64,000 bases of DNA. Origin: Longimicrobiales bacterium (GTDB lineage Bacteria; Gemmatimonadota; Gemmatimonadetes; Longimicrobiales; Gaopeijiaceae). The position numbers and the translations under genes were made by a program. Position 1 is the first letter of the stretch. Every line of letters begins with the position of its first letter. A model generated the notes under the pieces. The model searched no databases. It was not told the origin of the DNA and saw only the letters and a program-made list of their open reading frames with translations. The stretch spans positions 640,001 to 704,000 of the forward strand of contig CBDFIQ010000001.1 in the NCBI GenBank assembly GCA_965248195.1, written 5' to 3'. Positions 10,125 to 19,657 of the stretch are shown here, one piece after another.

Positions 10125-11195
10125 TCAAGCCCCGTTCACCAGCATCGGCTTCTTGCAGCACGCGACTAGGTGCTTCGCTCCCTTTTCCTCCAACACGGGG
10201 GCTACCTTCCGGCACTCCTCATCCTTCCCTGGGTGGGGGCAACGTGTGTAGAAGGGACATCCCGATGGCGGCCGGATCGGACTGGGCACATCTCCGGAGA
10301 GTCGGACACGCTCGCGCACTGGTCCAACCCTCAGATCGCGGTGCGGAGCCGCTGACAGGAGTGCCCGGGTATACGGATGCCGTGGGTTCTTGTAGAGCTC
10401 CTGGGCCGCAGCCATCTCGACTATCTTGCCTAGATACATGACTGCCACGCGATCGCTCATATACTCGACGATGGCCAAGTCATGGGCGATGAAGAGGTAC
10501 GTGAGGCCGAGGTCCCTCTGGAGATCCCTGAGCAGATTGATCACCTGGGCCTGGACAGACACGTCGAGCGCCGAGACCGGCTCATCGCAGACGATGAACT
10601 CCGGCTCCACAGCCAGCGCGCGTGCGATCCCGACGCGCTGCCTCTGGCCGCCACTGAACTCGTGCGGATAACGGCCCGCGTGCTCGGTGTGTAAGCCCAC
10701 CATCTCGAGTAGCTCATGAACACGGGCCGACCGATCCACACCCGTCTCACCCAGCCCGTGTACCTTGAGGACCTCCGCTAGCATTCCGCCGACCGTCATC
10801 CGTGGATTGAGCGAACCGAAAGGATCCTGAAAAACAATCTGAGCACGTCGCCGAAACGCTCGGAACTGCGCACGATCGAGTTCCTCGAGGGCCTGACCGT
10901 CAAAGAGCACCCGCCCGCCGGTCGGCTCGATGAGACGGAGGATGGCTCGTCCCGTGGTGGATTTTCCGCAACCGGACTCCCCGACGAGGCCGAGCGTCTC
11001 GCCACGTTGGAGCCGGAAGCTCACGCCATCCACCGCCCTGACCTGCTCCACACTACGCCCCAGGACCCCGCCATGGACGGGGAAATACTTCCTCAGGTCC
11101 TGAACGTCGAGCAGCGCCTCGGTGTCGAGCGCGCCGTTCCCCTCGCGAGTCGACCTCGCGTCGGGAGCGGACGACGCGTCGGTATGGGACGTCAA
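10125..11195 (-). CDS. Oligopeptide/dipeptide ABC transporter ATP-binding subunit (OppF/DppF-like)
   Basis: [27 protein letters not shown]-terminal Cys-rich oligo_HPY domain. Confidence 0.93.
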   Translation of the reverse strand: MTSHTDASSAPDARSTREGNGALDTEALLDVQDLRKYFPVHGGVLGRSVEQVRAVDGVSFRLQRGETLGLVGESGCGKSTTGRAILRLIEPTGGRVLFDGQALEELDRAQFRAFRRRAQIVFQDPFGSLNPRMTVGGMLAEVLKVHGLGETGVDRSARVHELLEMVGLHTEHAGRYPHEFSGGQRQRVGIARALAVEPEFIVCDEPVSALDVSVQAQVINLLRDLQRDLGLTYLFIAHDLAIVEYMSDRVAVMYLGKIVEMAAAQELYKNPRHPYTRALLSAAPHRDLRVGPVRERVRLSGDVPSPIRPPSGCPFYTRCPHPGKDEECRKVAPVLEEKGAKHLVACCKKPMLVNGA

Positions 11196-12202
11196 GTCGG
11201 CTCTCCAGCGGGCCCGATCGAGGACTCATCTGGATGGACGCGCCAACACCTCGCCGAGCGGCTCGACCCAACGTCCACCGGCAACAGATCCGGCACAGAC
11301 TCCGCGCAACGCCCCCATGCGAAGGAACAGCGGTCCCGAAAGCGACACCCCTCCGGCCAATCCACCGCACTTGGAACGGTACCCGGAATGGGGTTCAGCC
11401 GGACGTTACGGTCCCCGACACCGGGGAGAGACGCCAACAAACCCTGCGTGTATGGATGCTCGGGGCGGGTCAGGATCTCCTCAGTAGTCCCCGTCTCTAC
11501 GATCTGGCCACCGTACATGACCAGCACCCGATCGCACACCTCGGCGATGACCCCGAGGTCGTGGGTAATGAGGAGGAGGGCCATGCCATGCCTACGCTGC
11601 AAGCTCACAAGCAAATCCAGAATCTGCGCCTGAATCGTCACGTCCAGCGCTGTGGTCGGCTCGTCGGCGATCAAGAGTCTTGGCTCACAAGAAAGGGCGA
11701 TGGCGATCATGACCCGTTGGAGCATTCCACCCGACATTTGATGCGGATAGCAGTCGAAGCGCTGATCGGGCTCCGGAATCCCGACCTCCGCGAGAAGGGC
11801 CACCCCTGCGGCACGGGCCTCCCGTTTACTCAACCCACGATGCAGCCTCAGTACCTCCTCGATCTGGTGCCCCACCGTGAAGACGGGATTCAACGAGGTC
11901 ATCGGCTCTTGGAAGATCATCGAGATCACATTGCCCCGAATCTCGCGGAGCCGAGCCGGTTGTACCGCCAGAAGTTCCTCGTCGTCGAAACGAATGGAAC
12001 TGCCCGACACGATCTCGCCGGGAGGCGAAGGGATAAGGCCCAAGACGGAGAGGGCCGTCACGGTCTTGCCGCACCCCGACTCCCCGACGATCCCCAGCGT
12101 CTCTCCCGGTTCGACCTGAAGGGACACGCCGTCGACCGCACGCGCCACGCCGGCGTCCGTCGTGAAGTAGGTGCGGAGATCCGTCACCTCGAGGAGCGGC
12201 AT
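11192..12202 (-). CDS. Oligopeptide/dipeptide ABC transporter ATP-binding subunit (OppD/DppD-like)
   Basis: [29 protein letters not shown]. Confidence 0.93.
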   Translation of the reverse strand: MPLLEVTDLRTYFTTDAGVARAVDGVSLQVEPGETLGIVGESGCGKTVTALSVLGLIPSPPGEIVSGSSIRFDDEELLAVQPARLREIRGNVISMIFQEPMTSLNPVFTVGHQIEEVLRLHRGLSKREARAAGVALLAEVGIPEPDQRFDCYPHQMSGGMLQRVMIAIALSCEPRLLIADEPTTALDVTIQAQILDLLVSLQRRHGMALLLITHDLGVIAEVCDRVLVMYGGQIVETGTTEEILTRPEHPYTQGLLASLPGVGDRNVRLNPIPGTVPSAVDWPEGCRFRDRCSFAWGRCAESVPDLLPVDVGSSRSARCWRVHPDESSIGPAGEPT

Positions 12203-12206
12203 TACG

Positions 12207-13325
12207 TCACGTCCTCAGGCGTGGGTCGAGAGCGTCCCTGAGCCCCTCGCCGACCAGGTTGAACGCGACCACGGTGAGTACGATTGCGAGGCCCGAGAAC
12301 GTAGATATCCACCAAGCGTCCAGCAGATAGGCACGCCCCTCCGATACCATGGAGCCCCATGAAGGGGTTGGAGGCTGGAGCCCGAGACCGAGGAACGAAA
12401 GGCCGGCCTCCAACACGATGACGTTTCCTACACCGAGGGTAGCCGCGACTATGACCGGGCCCAGCGCGTTGGGGATCACGTGCCGGAGGATGATGCGCCT
12501 ACGACTGAACCCGAGAGCCCGGGCCGCCTCGATGAACTCGCGCTCTCGCAGACTGAGCACCTCGCCACGAACGATTCGCGCCGTGGGGGGCCACTGGGTG
12601 AAGCCCAGGACGGCCATGATGAGGAAGATCGAGTTCGATTCGAATAGCGCGACGATGGCGATGAGGAGCACCAGACGGGGAAAGGAGATCACCATATCGA
12701 CGAAGCGCATCACCACCGTATCGACCCAACCGCCCAAGTAGCCGGACACAGCTCCCAGCAGAGTGCCGATCGTGATGCTGATCCCCACCGCAATGAAACC
12801 GATCGAGAGAGAGATCCGTGCGCCATACATGATGCGTGAGAAGACGTCTCTAGCCAGATGGTCCGTCCCGAGGGGAAATTCACCACCGGGAGCAACCAAA
12901 CGGGCCGTCAACAGCGAAGCCTGAATCGCCGGGTCGTGCGGAGCGATCAAGGGCGTCACAAGGGCGATCAGGTAGACCCACACGACGATCATTACGCCGA
13001 TGACGGCGATCCGGTTTTTCTTGAACGCCTGCGCGGCGAGACTCCATTGACCCATGCCGCTTCGCTTCACTTCGGCGGGGTGCGACACGTCGAACATGGA
13101 CCATCCCCATGCTCCAAGGAGGCCGGCCACGACCGTCAGCGACGCAATCTGGTGATCAAGCGGCCCGCCCCAGCCGGCAGCGAACCGGGCCCACCGAGTC
13201 AGGAGCACTCCGAGAAGTCCGATCCATACAGTTAGACTCATGCCGCCTACACCCCACCGGCCCTTCAGCACCTGTGGGAACCCGGGAAGCACAGCCGAAA
13301 GAGACACGCCGCCGGGGTCAGTCAT
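12207..13325 (-). CDS. Oligopeptide ABC transporter permease (OppC-like, N-terminally extended)
   Basis: [32 protein letters not shown] loop, PTPSWG. Confidence 0.92.
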   Translation of the reverse strand: MTDPGGVSLSAVLPGFPQVLKGRWGVGGMSLTVWIGLLGVLLTRWARFAAGWGGPLDHQIASLTVVAGLLGAWGWSMFDVSHPAEVKRSGMGQWSLAAQAFKKNRIAVIGVMIVVWVYLIALVTPLIAPHDPAIQASLLTARLVAPGGEFPLGTDHLARDVFSRIMYGARISLSIGFIAVGISITIGTLLGAVSGYLGGWVDTVVMRFVDMVISFPRLVLLIAIVALFESNSIFLIMAVLGFTQWPPTARIVRGEVLSLREREFIEAARALGFSRRRIILRHVIPNALGPVIVAATLGVGNVIVLEAGLSFLGLGLQPPTPSWGSMVSEGRAYLLDAWWISTFSGLAIVLTVVAFNLVGEGLRDALDPRLRT

Positions 13326-14301
13326 ATCGAATCCGCGGATCCACCACCGCGTAGAGCACGTCCGAAACGAGGTTACCCACCACGACCATATTCGCGAAGA
13401 TCAGGCTGCCACCCATGATCACCGGATAGTCACGCGCCGTGATGGCGTCTACGACGAGTTTACCCATCCCTGGCCATGAAAAGACGTACTCGATGAAGAC
13501 GGTGCCGCTGAACAAAAAGGGGAGGTGGAGACCGAGCAGTGTGATTATGGGAATCAGGCCATTTCGGAGGGCGTGCTTGAAAATCACGACCGGCTCCGAC
13601 AACCCCTTGGCACGTGCTGTACGAATAAAATCCTGACGGATGACGTCCAGCATGCTTCCTCGCGTATAGCGGGCGATCCCGGCGGCTAGCACGAGAGCTA
13701 GAGAGGTGGCCGGAAGCGTCAGGTGCATGAGCCGGTCCTGGACCTTCTCCGCGGGACTGAGGAAGGCGTAGTCCACACCTTGGAGGCCGGTACCTGGGAA
13801 TTGGATCGGCCACTGCGACTCATAGGCGAAAAGACTGAACACGAGCACCATCATCAGCGCCAGCCAAAAAGACGGCATGGAGTAGAAGAAGAGACCCACG
13901 ATCGAGGCGACCGAATCCACCAGGGAGTATTGGCGCACGGCCTGCAGGATTCCGAGCAAGATCCCGAGGAAGAACGCGACTCCGATGGCGCTGACAGAGA
14001 GGAGCAGCGTGTTCGGAAGAAGTTCCTTGATGACGTCCAGAACCGGTCGATTATGCGAAAACGAGACCCCGAGGTCCCCTTGAGCAAGCGCCCCGAGCCA
14101 CCGCGCGTAGCGGATATGAATCGGCTGATCGAGACCCAAGTTGACACGGATCTGCTCGAGGGTCTCCGGCGACATGGTGGGGTTCATGAACCTCGCGGCG
14201 GGATCGCCCGGCGCGAGGTTTACGACGAAAAAAATGATCGTGGCGATGCCGAGGACGAGGGGAATGGCGCCCAGGAGCCGTCGCAAAATGAACGTTCTCA
14301 T
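13318..14301 (-). CDS. Oligopeptide ABC transporter permease (OppB-like)
   Basis: MRTFILRRLL, APGDP, FIRTARAKGL, RDYPVI, DPRIR. Confidence 0.93.
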   Translation of the reverse strand: MRTFILRRLLGAIPLVLGIATIIFFVVNLAPGDPAARFMNPTMSPETLEQIRVNLGLDQPIHIRYARWLGALAQGDLGVSFSHNRPVLDVIKELLPNTLLLSVSAIGVAFFLGILLGILQAVRQYSLVDSVASIVGLFFYSMPSFWLALMMVLVFSLFAYESQWPIQFPGTGLQGVDYAFLSPAEKVQDRLMHLTLPATSLALVLAAGIARYTRGSMLDVIRQDFIRTARAKGLSEPVVIFKHALRNGLIPIITLLGLHLPFLFSGTVFIEYVFSWPGMGKLVVDAITARDYPVIMGGSLIFANMVVVGNLVSDVLYAVVDPRIRYD

Positions 14302-14352
14302 CGTTCGGCCACTACAGCCCAACCTTGATGTTTCCGAGTTTTCGGATCTTCG

Positions 14353-16068
14353 TCACTGTTCGGCGGAAATCCACCAATCCTTGATGTTCTGCCATTCCCC
14401 GCGCGAATCCATCTCCACGCCGTTAAGCTTCTTGCTCACGCCATCGAGCCGGTCCGGAAAGGAGAAAAAAGTATAAGGCTGCTCGTCCACCAGAAGTTCC
14501 TGGTATTGCGCCCAAAGCGGCTTGGCCTCGTCACGGTCGACAACCAGGGGTAACTCGTCGAGGAACTTGTCGATATCCGGGCGCCGCGTCCCGGCCCAAG
14601 CATAGGGGCCAGAAAGACTTTGGCTATGAAGGAGGTCCGTATCGTCCAACTTGAACTCGCCCACCCACCCCATGACCACACCGTCGAAATCCCGACGCAC
14701 CGGGTCGTTGATCTGGCTGAGGAGGGTAAGCCACTCGACCACGGTCGGCGTGACCTCGACGCCAATCTCGGCTAGCTGCGCCTGCATGATCTCCGCGATA
14801 CCCTGCCGGATATCGTTCCCGTCATTGTACTTTATGGAGATGGAGAGCCGATCCCCGTCGGAGTTCTCACGAACGCCGTCTCCGTCCCGATCCACCCAGC
14901 CCGCGGCATCGAGCAGAGCCCTGGCACCATTCGGATCGTACGCCCAGTGGAATGGGGGGACGCTCCCGTTCGCCACCCTCCCATGACCCTGCAACAGAGC
15001 ATCCACGATCTCCTGCCGGTTCGTGCCCTTCGTCAGGGCTCGGCGCACCCTCTTGTCGGCCAGCTGTGGGCGGCGAGAATTCCACGCAATGAGATCGTAC
15101 TGCCGGAACACATACTGCCTGAGCTCTGCGGCATCCGAATCAATGATGGCCTGGGCCTGATCGGGCGTGGGAGCGATGTAAACATCCAACCGCTCGGTCA
15201 GCAACTCTGTGAGGAGGGTCGTCTGCTCGCTGATGGTGCGGTTGACGTAGCGATCGAGGTAAGGGCGGCCGCCGAGGGCATCGGGAAACGCCGGGTTCGC
15301 CTGGAAGGTCCAGCTCGCGTCTTGCCGGTGCTCCACGAATACGAACGGTCCATTGCCAACCGGGCAGACCGTACCATAGGGATGCTGACTCAGCATCGTG
15401 GCGGGGACGTCGCCGAGCAGATGCTCGGGCATGATCGCCACGGCCCGCCAGGGATCGATGAAGTCTGCATGGGGCCGCATCCGAAACCTCACCGTGAACG
15501 AGTCGACCACCTCCACGCCGGCCGGCCCGCGGTCGTAATAGGTCCAGAACGTCGCGTTCGGAAAAGCCGTCTCGGGATCGATCGCACGCTCGTACGTAAA
15601 CGCGACATCGTACGCATCCGTGAGCTCACCGTCGTGCCAGTAGACGTCGTCTCGAATGTGAAACGTGAGCTCGGTCCCGTTGTCCGACACCTCCCAGGAT
15701 TCGGCTAGATACGGTGTCGCAATCCAATTCTCGTCGTACTGCACCAAGGTCATGAGGTTGACGAAATTCTGGTGCTGCTCCGCGGTATAGTCCGTAGAGA
15801 TGAGGCCATTCATCCCGGCCGGAATCTCGCCGATGTTACCCACGACCGCCGTGCCACCATAACGCGCGGACGGTGGCATCTGCCCCTCGAACTGAGACAT
15901 GAACGCCGAGACGTTGGCCGTGACCTCCTCACAAAACGGGATACCCGCCCCGGCCTGGGCCAACGAGGCTTCCAGCATCCAGGGTCCGGCTTCAAGGGAG
16001 GCCCCACCTTCGCCGCCCCGACATGCTCCCATCAACACGGCCGTCCCAACCGCTAGAATCGTCCTCAT
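14353..16068 (-). CDS. Peptide ABC transporter substrate-binding lipoprotein (family 5), copy 1
   Basis: Lipobox LMGAC; PYLAESWEVS, WHDG, GNGPF, DKRVRRAL. Confidence 0.9.
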   Translation of the reverse strand: MRTILAVGTAVLMGACRGGEGGASLEAGPWMLEASLAQAGAGIPFCEEVTANVSAFMSQFEGQMPPSARYGGTAVVGNIGEIPAGMNGLISTDYTAEQHQNFVNLMTLVQYDENWIATPYLAESWEVSDNGTELTFHIRDDVYWHDGELTDAYDVAFTYERAIDPETAFPNATFWTYYDRGPAGVEVVDSFTVRFRMRPHADFIDPWRAVAIMPEHLLGDVPATMLSQHPYGTVCPVGNGPFVFVEHRQDASWTFQANPAFPDALGGRPYLDRYVNRTISEQTTLLTELLTERLDVYIAPTPDQAQAIIDSDAAELRQYVFRQYDLIAWNSRRPQLADKRVRRALTKGTNRQEIVDALLQGHGRVANGSVPPFHWAYDPNGARALLDAAGWVDRDGDGVRENSDGDRLSISIKYNDGNDIRQGIAEIMQAQLAEIGVEVTPTVVEWLTLLSQINDPVRRDFDGVVMGWVGEFKLDDTDLLHSQSLSGPYAWAGTRRPDIDKFLDELPLVVDRDEAKPLWAQYQELLVDEQPYTFFSFPDRLDGVSKKLNGVEMDSRGEWQNIKDWWISAEQ

Positions 16069-16120
16069 CAAAAGGGCCTCCTCATTTACGTCTCTCCACT
16101 ATTGCCGGGATGCGCAGTCC

Positions 16121-17896
16121 CTACCGCGCTCCGCGCCTCCGCTCATCGGACGGGATCCACCAGTCCTTCAGATTCACCCATTCGCCACGAATGTCCAATA
16201 CCTCGCCCCGGATTCGCCGGTTCACGCCCGACAACCGATCCAAGTTGTAGAGAAATGTGAAAGGCTGCTCGTCTATCAGGGATTCTTGGTACGCGTCCCA
16301 CGCCGCCTCGGCGGCCGCGAGGTCCAGAATCAACGGAAGTTGCTCCAGCTGGTCGTCGAGGTCCTCGCGTTGCGTGCCGGACATGGCGAAAGGAAAGTCA
16401 AGTTGTCCGCTGTGAAACAGGGGAGTGTCATCTAGCCTGAAGTCCGGCGTCCAAGTCATCATCACGCCGTCGAAATCCCTGGAGTCCGCGGCGAAAACCT
16501 GCTGGGACAGGGTCGACCCATCCACCGGCATTGGAACCGCCTCGACGCCGATCGAGCCGAGCTGAGCCTGCATGGCTTCCGCGATGTCGTGGCGCACCCG
16601 GATCGAGGTGAACTTGATCGTGAGCGAGAGGCGGACGCCGTCAGCGCTCTCCCGCACCCCGTCACCGTCCCGGTCAATCCATCCGGCTTCATCCAGCAGC
16701 GCCCTGGCGGCCGCTGGATCGTATGCCAGCGCATCTGCTCCCAGGGACGCATCGTAATACGGATGGAAGGGGGGTACTGTCCCGTTCGCAACGACGCCGT
16801 ACCCACCGAGGAGACCCGCCACGATCTCCTCGCGGTTCGTCCCCTTCGTAATCGCCATCCGAACCCTCTTGTCCGCGAGTTGTGGACGGCGGGAGTTCCA
16901 AGCGACAAAGGCGAAGGTCCGACCGGGAAAGCGGTACAATTCGATTGCGTCCGACGCGAGAATTGTCGCCGCCTGGTCAGGCGTAGGGGAGACATACGCG
17001 TCTAGGTTTTCCGTCAGCAACTCGGTCAAAAGCGCAGTTTGATCGGTCACGATCCGATATACGTACCGGTCGAGGTACGGTCGGCCTCCTAGTCCCTCTG
17101 GAAACGCCGGGTTCGCCTGAAAAGTCCAGCTCGCGCCCTGTCGATGCTCCACGAAGATGAACGGCCCGTTACCTACCGGACACACCGATCCGTATGGGTG
17201 CGCCCGCAACTCCGCCGCGGGCACGTCCTCCACCAGATGTTGCGGCATGATGGCCAACACCGTCCACAGATCCATGAAATCCGCGTGCGGCGTCATACGA
17301 ACGCGGACGGTCAGAGGATCGATCACCTCCACCGCACCCGGCCCCGTCTCCACGTACGTCCACCAGCCATCGTTCGGAAAGGCCGTCGCCGGGTCGGCGG
17401 CACGCTCCACCGTGTACGCCACATCGTAAGCGTCAGTCAGTTCGCCGTCGTGCCAGTAAACGTCGTCCCGCAGGTGGAAGGTGAGCTCCGTGCCGTCGGT
17501 CGACACCTCCCAGGATTCGGCCAGGTACGGTGCCGGGTTCAACTCCCGGTCATATCGGACGAGCGTCATGAGGTTGACGAACATCTGGTGATGCTGGCTT
17601 TGATACAGAGCGACGATATGGGCATTCATCCCACCGAACATTTCACTCGGTTGGCCCACTACTGCCGTGCCGCCATACCGGTTCGATGAAGGCTCCTGCC
17701 CCTTGAAGCGACCCATGAACGCAGCGACCCCGGCCATGGCCTCGTCACAGAAGGGGATGCCCGTTCCCGCCTCCAAGACGGAGGGATCCAGGGCCCATGG
17801 AGAGGCTCCGGCGAACGGCGAGCGCCCGTCACGGCACGCACTCGCCCCCACAGCCGCGAGCGCGAGCATCGTCGGGACGCACCAAGTTTTTCTCAT
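16121..17896 (-). CDS. Peptide ABC transporter substrate-binding lipoprotein (family 5), copy 2
   Basis: Lipobox ASAC; close paralogue of 14353-16068. Confidence 0.9.
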   Translation of the reverse strand: MRKTWCVPTMLALAAVGASACRDGRSPFAGASPWALDPSVLEAGTGIPFCDEAMAGVAAFMGRFKGQEPSSNRYGGTAVVGQPSEMFGGMNAHIVALYQSQHHQMFVNLMTLVRYDRELNPAPYLAESWEVSTDGTELTFHLRDDVYWHDGELTDAYDVAYTVERAADPATAFPNDGWWTYVETGPGAVEVIDPLTVRVRMTPHADFMDLWTVLAIMPQHLVEDVPAAELRAHPYGSVCPVGNGPFIFVEHRQGASWTFQANPAFPEGLGGRPYLDRYVYRIVTDQTALLTELLTENLDAYVSPTPDQAATILASDAIELYRFPGRTFAFVAWNSRRPQLADKRVRMAITKGTNREEIVAGLLGGYGVVANGTVPPFHPYYDASLGADALAYDPAAARALLDEAGWIDRDGDGVRESADGVRLSLTIKFTSIRVRHDIAEAMQAQLGSIGVEAVPMPVDGSTLSQQVFAADSRDFDGVMMTWTPDFRLDDTPLFHSGQLDFPFAMSGTQREDLDDQLEQLPLILDLAAAEAAWDAYQESLIDEQPFTFLYNLDRLSGVNRRIRGEVLDIRGEWVNLKDWWIPSDERRRGAR

Positions 17897-17952
17897 GGTT
17901 CCTCCCTTAGTGGTCGGCTCTGCTTGTCTTGCCGTGTCCGCCTACAGCACAC

Positions 17953-18867
17953 CTACCTGCGCCAGGTCCACTCGGTCGAGCCGTACTTTTCAGCGAGCTC
18001 CATGCTTTTGACCCGCTCGGCCTCCGGGAGTTCGCCCCGATGCCAGTCACCCCCTGTCACACCACTCAGACCCGCGATGACGGCATCTACAAGATGGGAC
18101 CAAGACGGCGCATGGCCCAGAACTTCCTCGAGGGAGATCGGAGCCTGGACACGCTCGTACTTCCGAGGCTCCATGGCGTTTCCGCCCGTCCGGGATAGCC
18201 GTTCTTCACCGGGAGGTGTCGAGACCAACCCAAGTAGCCGTTCCTGTCCCGGACCGATGAGGAGCGAGCCGTGCTGGAGAACCACTCCCTCGAGCCTCGC
18301 CTGGGCGCTTCCGACCAGCTTTTTTCCCGCCACGGTCACCTCGCCGGGGGCCGGCTCATCGAAACAGGGTCCAGCGTCCAGGTCCGCGACCGAGCCTCGT
18401 GCCTTGGCCAGCACTGCCGGAACTCCCAAGGAACGCAGGGCCTCCATCAGCCCACGGTTGATCAGCCCGTACGTCCCCCTGAGACCCCCCCGCGCCGGGA
18501 GCGGAAGGACCGCGGCATACGTGAGCTCCCGGTCGTGCAGAACGGCACGCCCGCCCGTCGGCCGGCGTACGAACTCGATGCCGGCGTCGCGACCGGCGGC
18601 CGGATCGTAGCGGTCGCGGGCGGGTTCGTTGCGGCCAAAAGAGACCGTGGGACGACTCCACCGGTAGATGCGAAGCACCGCATTGCCCGGACTCAAACAG
18701 GCAGCGAGTGCGTGATCCACGGCCATGTTCTTCGCACCGCAGGCGGGCGGGTCGACGAGCACCCTCCACTTGAGCGCCTCGTTATCGAGCGTACCCCGCC
18801 CTAGGGCGGCAGCGCCGCGGTCGGGTCGCCTGGAGCTTGGCGGCGCGAGGCCCGAGGCCACCGTCAA
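17953..18867 (-). CDS. Lipoate-protein ligase / octanoyltransferase (LplA/LipM family)
   Basis: NMAVDHAL, VRRPTGGRAVLH, KKLVGSAQ, LQHGS; in the gcv operon. Confidence 0.9.
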   Translation of the reverse strand: MTVASGLAPPSSRRPDRGAAALGRGTLDNEALKWRVLVDPPACGAKNMAVDHALAACLSPGNAVLRIYRWSRPTVSFGRNEPARDRYDPAAGRDAGIEFVRRPTGGRAVLHDRELTYAAVLPLPARGGLRGTYGLINRGLMEALRSLGVPAVLAKARGSVADLDAGPCFDEPAPGEVTVAGKKLVGSAQARLEGVVLQHGSLLIGPGQERLLGLVSTPPGEERLSRTGGNAMEPRKYERVQAPISLEEVLGHAPSWSHLVDAVIAGLSGVTGGDWHRGELPEAERVKSMELAEKYGSTEWTWRR

Positions 18868-19553
18868 AGCTCGTACGATCCCTTTCCGGGCTCGACGATC
18901 TCGACTCGGGCGCGGTCGCCGACGAGGGAGGCAAAGGCGTCGACATCTTGCTCGATGTAGGGCCAGGTGTCGTAGTGGATCGGGATCACCACGGAGGGCT
19001 CGATGAACTCGATCGCGGTGACCGCATCCTCCGGTCCCATGGTGAAGTTGTCGCCCATCGGGAGCAGCGCCACATCGACCTTTCCCTTCAGGAGCTGCAT
19101 GTCCAAGGTGAGGGCGGTATCACCCGCGTGGTACAGGCGCTTCCCCGGACCAAGATCGAAGAGCAGCCCCGCGGGGTTGGTAGTGAAGCCCTCGGCACCT
19201 TCTCCGTAGACCCTGCCTCCGTGGATGGCGACGGTCATCTTCACGCGCCCAAACGGAAAGTCCCACCCGCCGCCGATGTGCATCGGGTGGGCGTTCTCCA
19301 CTCCCTGGCTCTGCACATACTCGACGAGCTCGAACGCCCCGACGAGCGTGGCGCTCGTGTTCTTGGCGATGGCGATCGCGTCCACGAAATGGTCGAAATG
19401 GCCATGCGTGCAGAAGATGAAATCGGCCTCGACCTCGGAGGGACTCACCTCCGTCCAGGGATTGTCCTCGAAGAACGGGTCGATGATCACTCGGGTCCCA
19501 TCGTCCGTCGTGAGGCCGAACGTCGAGTGACCGTAGTAGTCGAGCGTTGCCAT
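18864..19553 (-). CDS. Metal-dependent hydrolase, metallo-beta-lactamase fold (UPF0173-like)
   Basis: YYGHS, IIDPF, THGHFDH, HAGDT, IPIHY; ATG 19553 has an SD, though the ORF extends to 19652. Confidence 0.88.
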   Translation of the reverse strand: MATLDYYGHSTFGLTTDDGTRVIIDPFFEDNPWTEVSPSEVEADFIFCTHGHFDHFVDAIAIAKNTSATLVGAFELVEYVQSQGVENAHPMHIGGGWDFPFGRVKMTVAIHGGRVYGEGAEGFTTNPAGLLFDLGPGKRLYHAGDTALTLDMQLLKGKVDVALLPMGDNFTMGPEDAVTAIEFIEPSVVIPIHYDTWPYIEQDVDAFASLVGDRARVEIVEPGKGSYEL

Positions 19554-19657
19554 GTCGGACGTCTCCTCGTGCTCTTGGATGAACTTCAGCCGCTGGTGGC
19601 GGTCCTTCGCCGCTCGGGGCCGGCTCCTTTTTTCCGTGGAGCTTGGTGTCACAGCCC

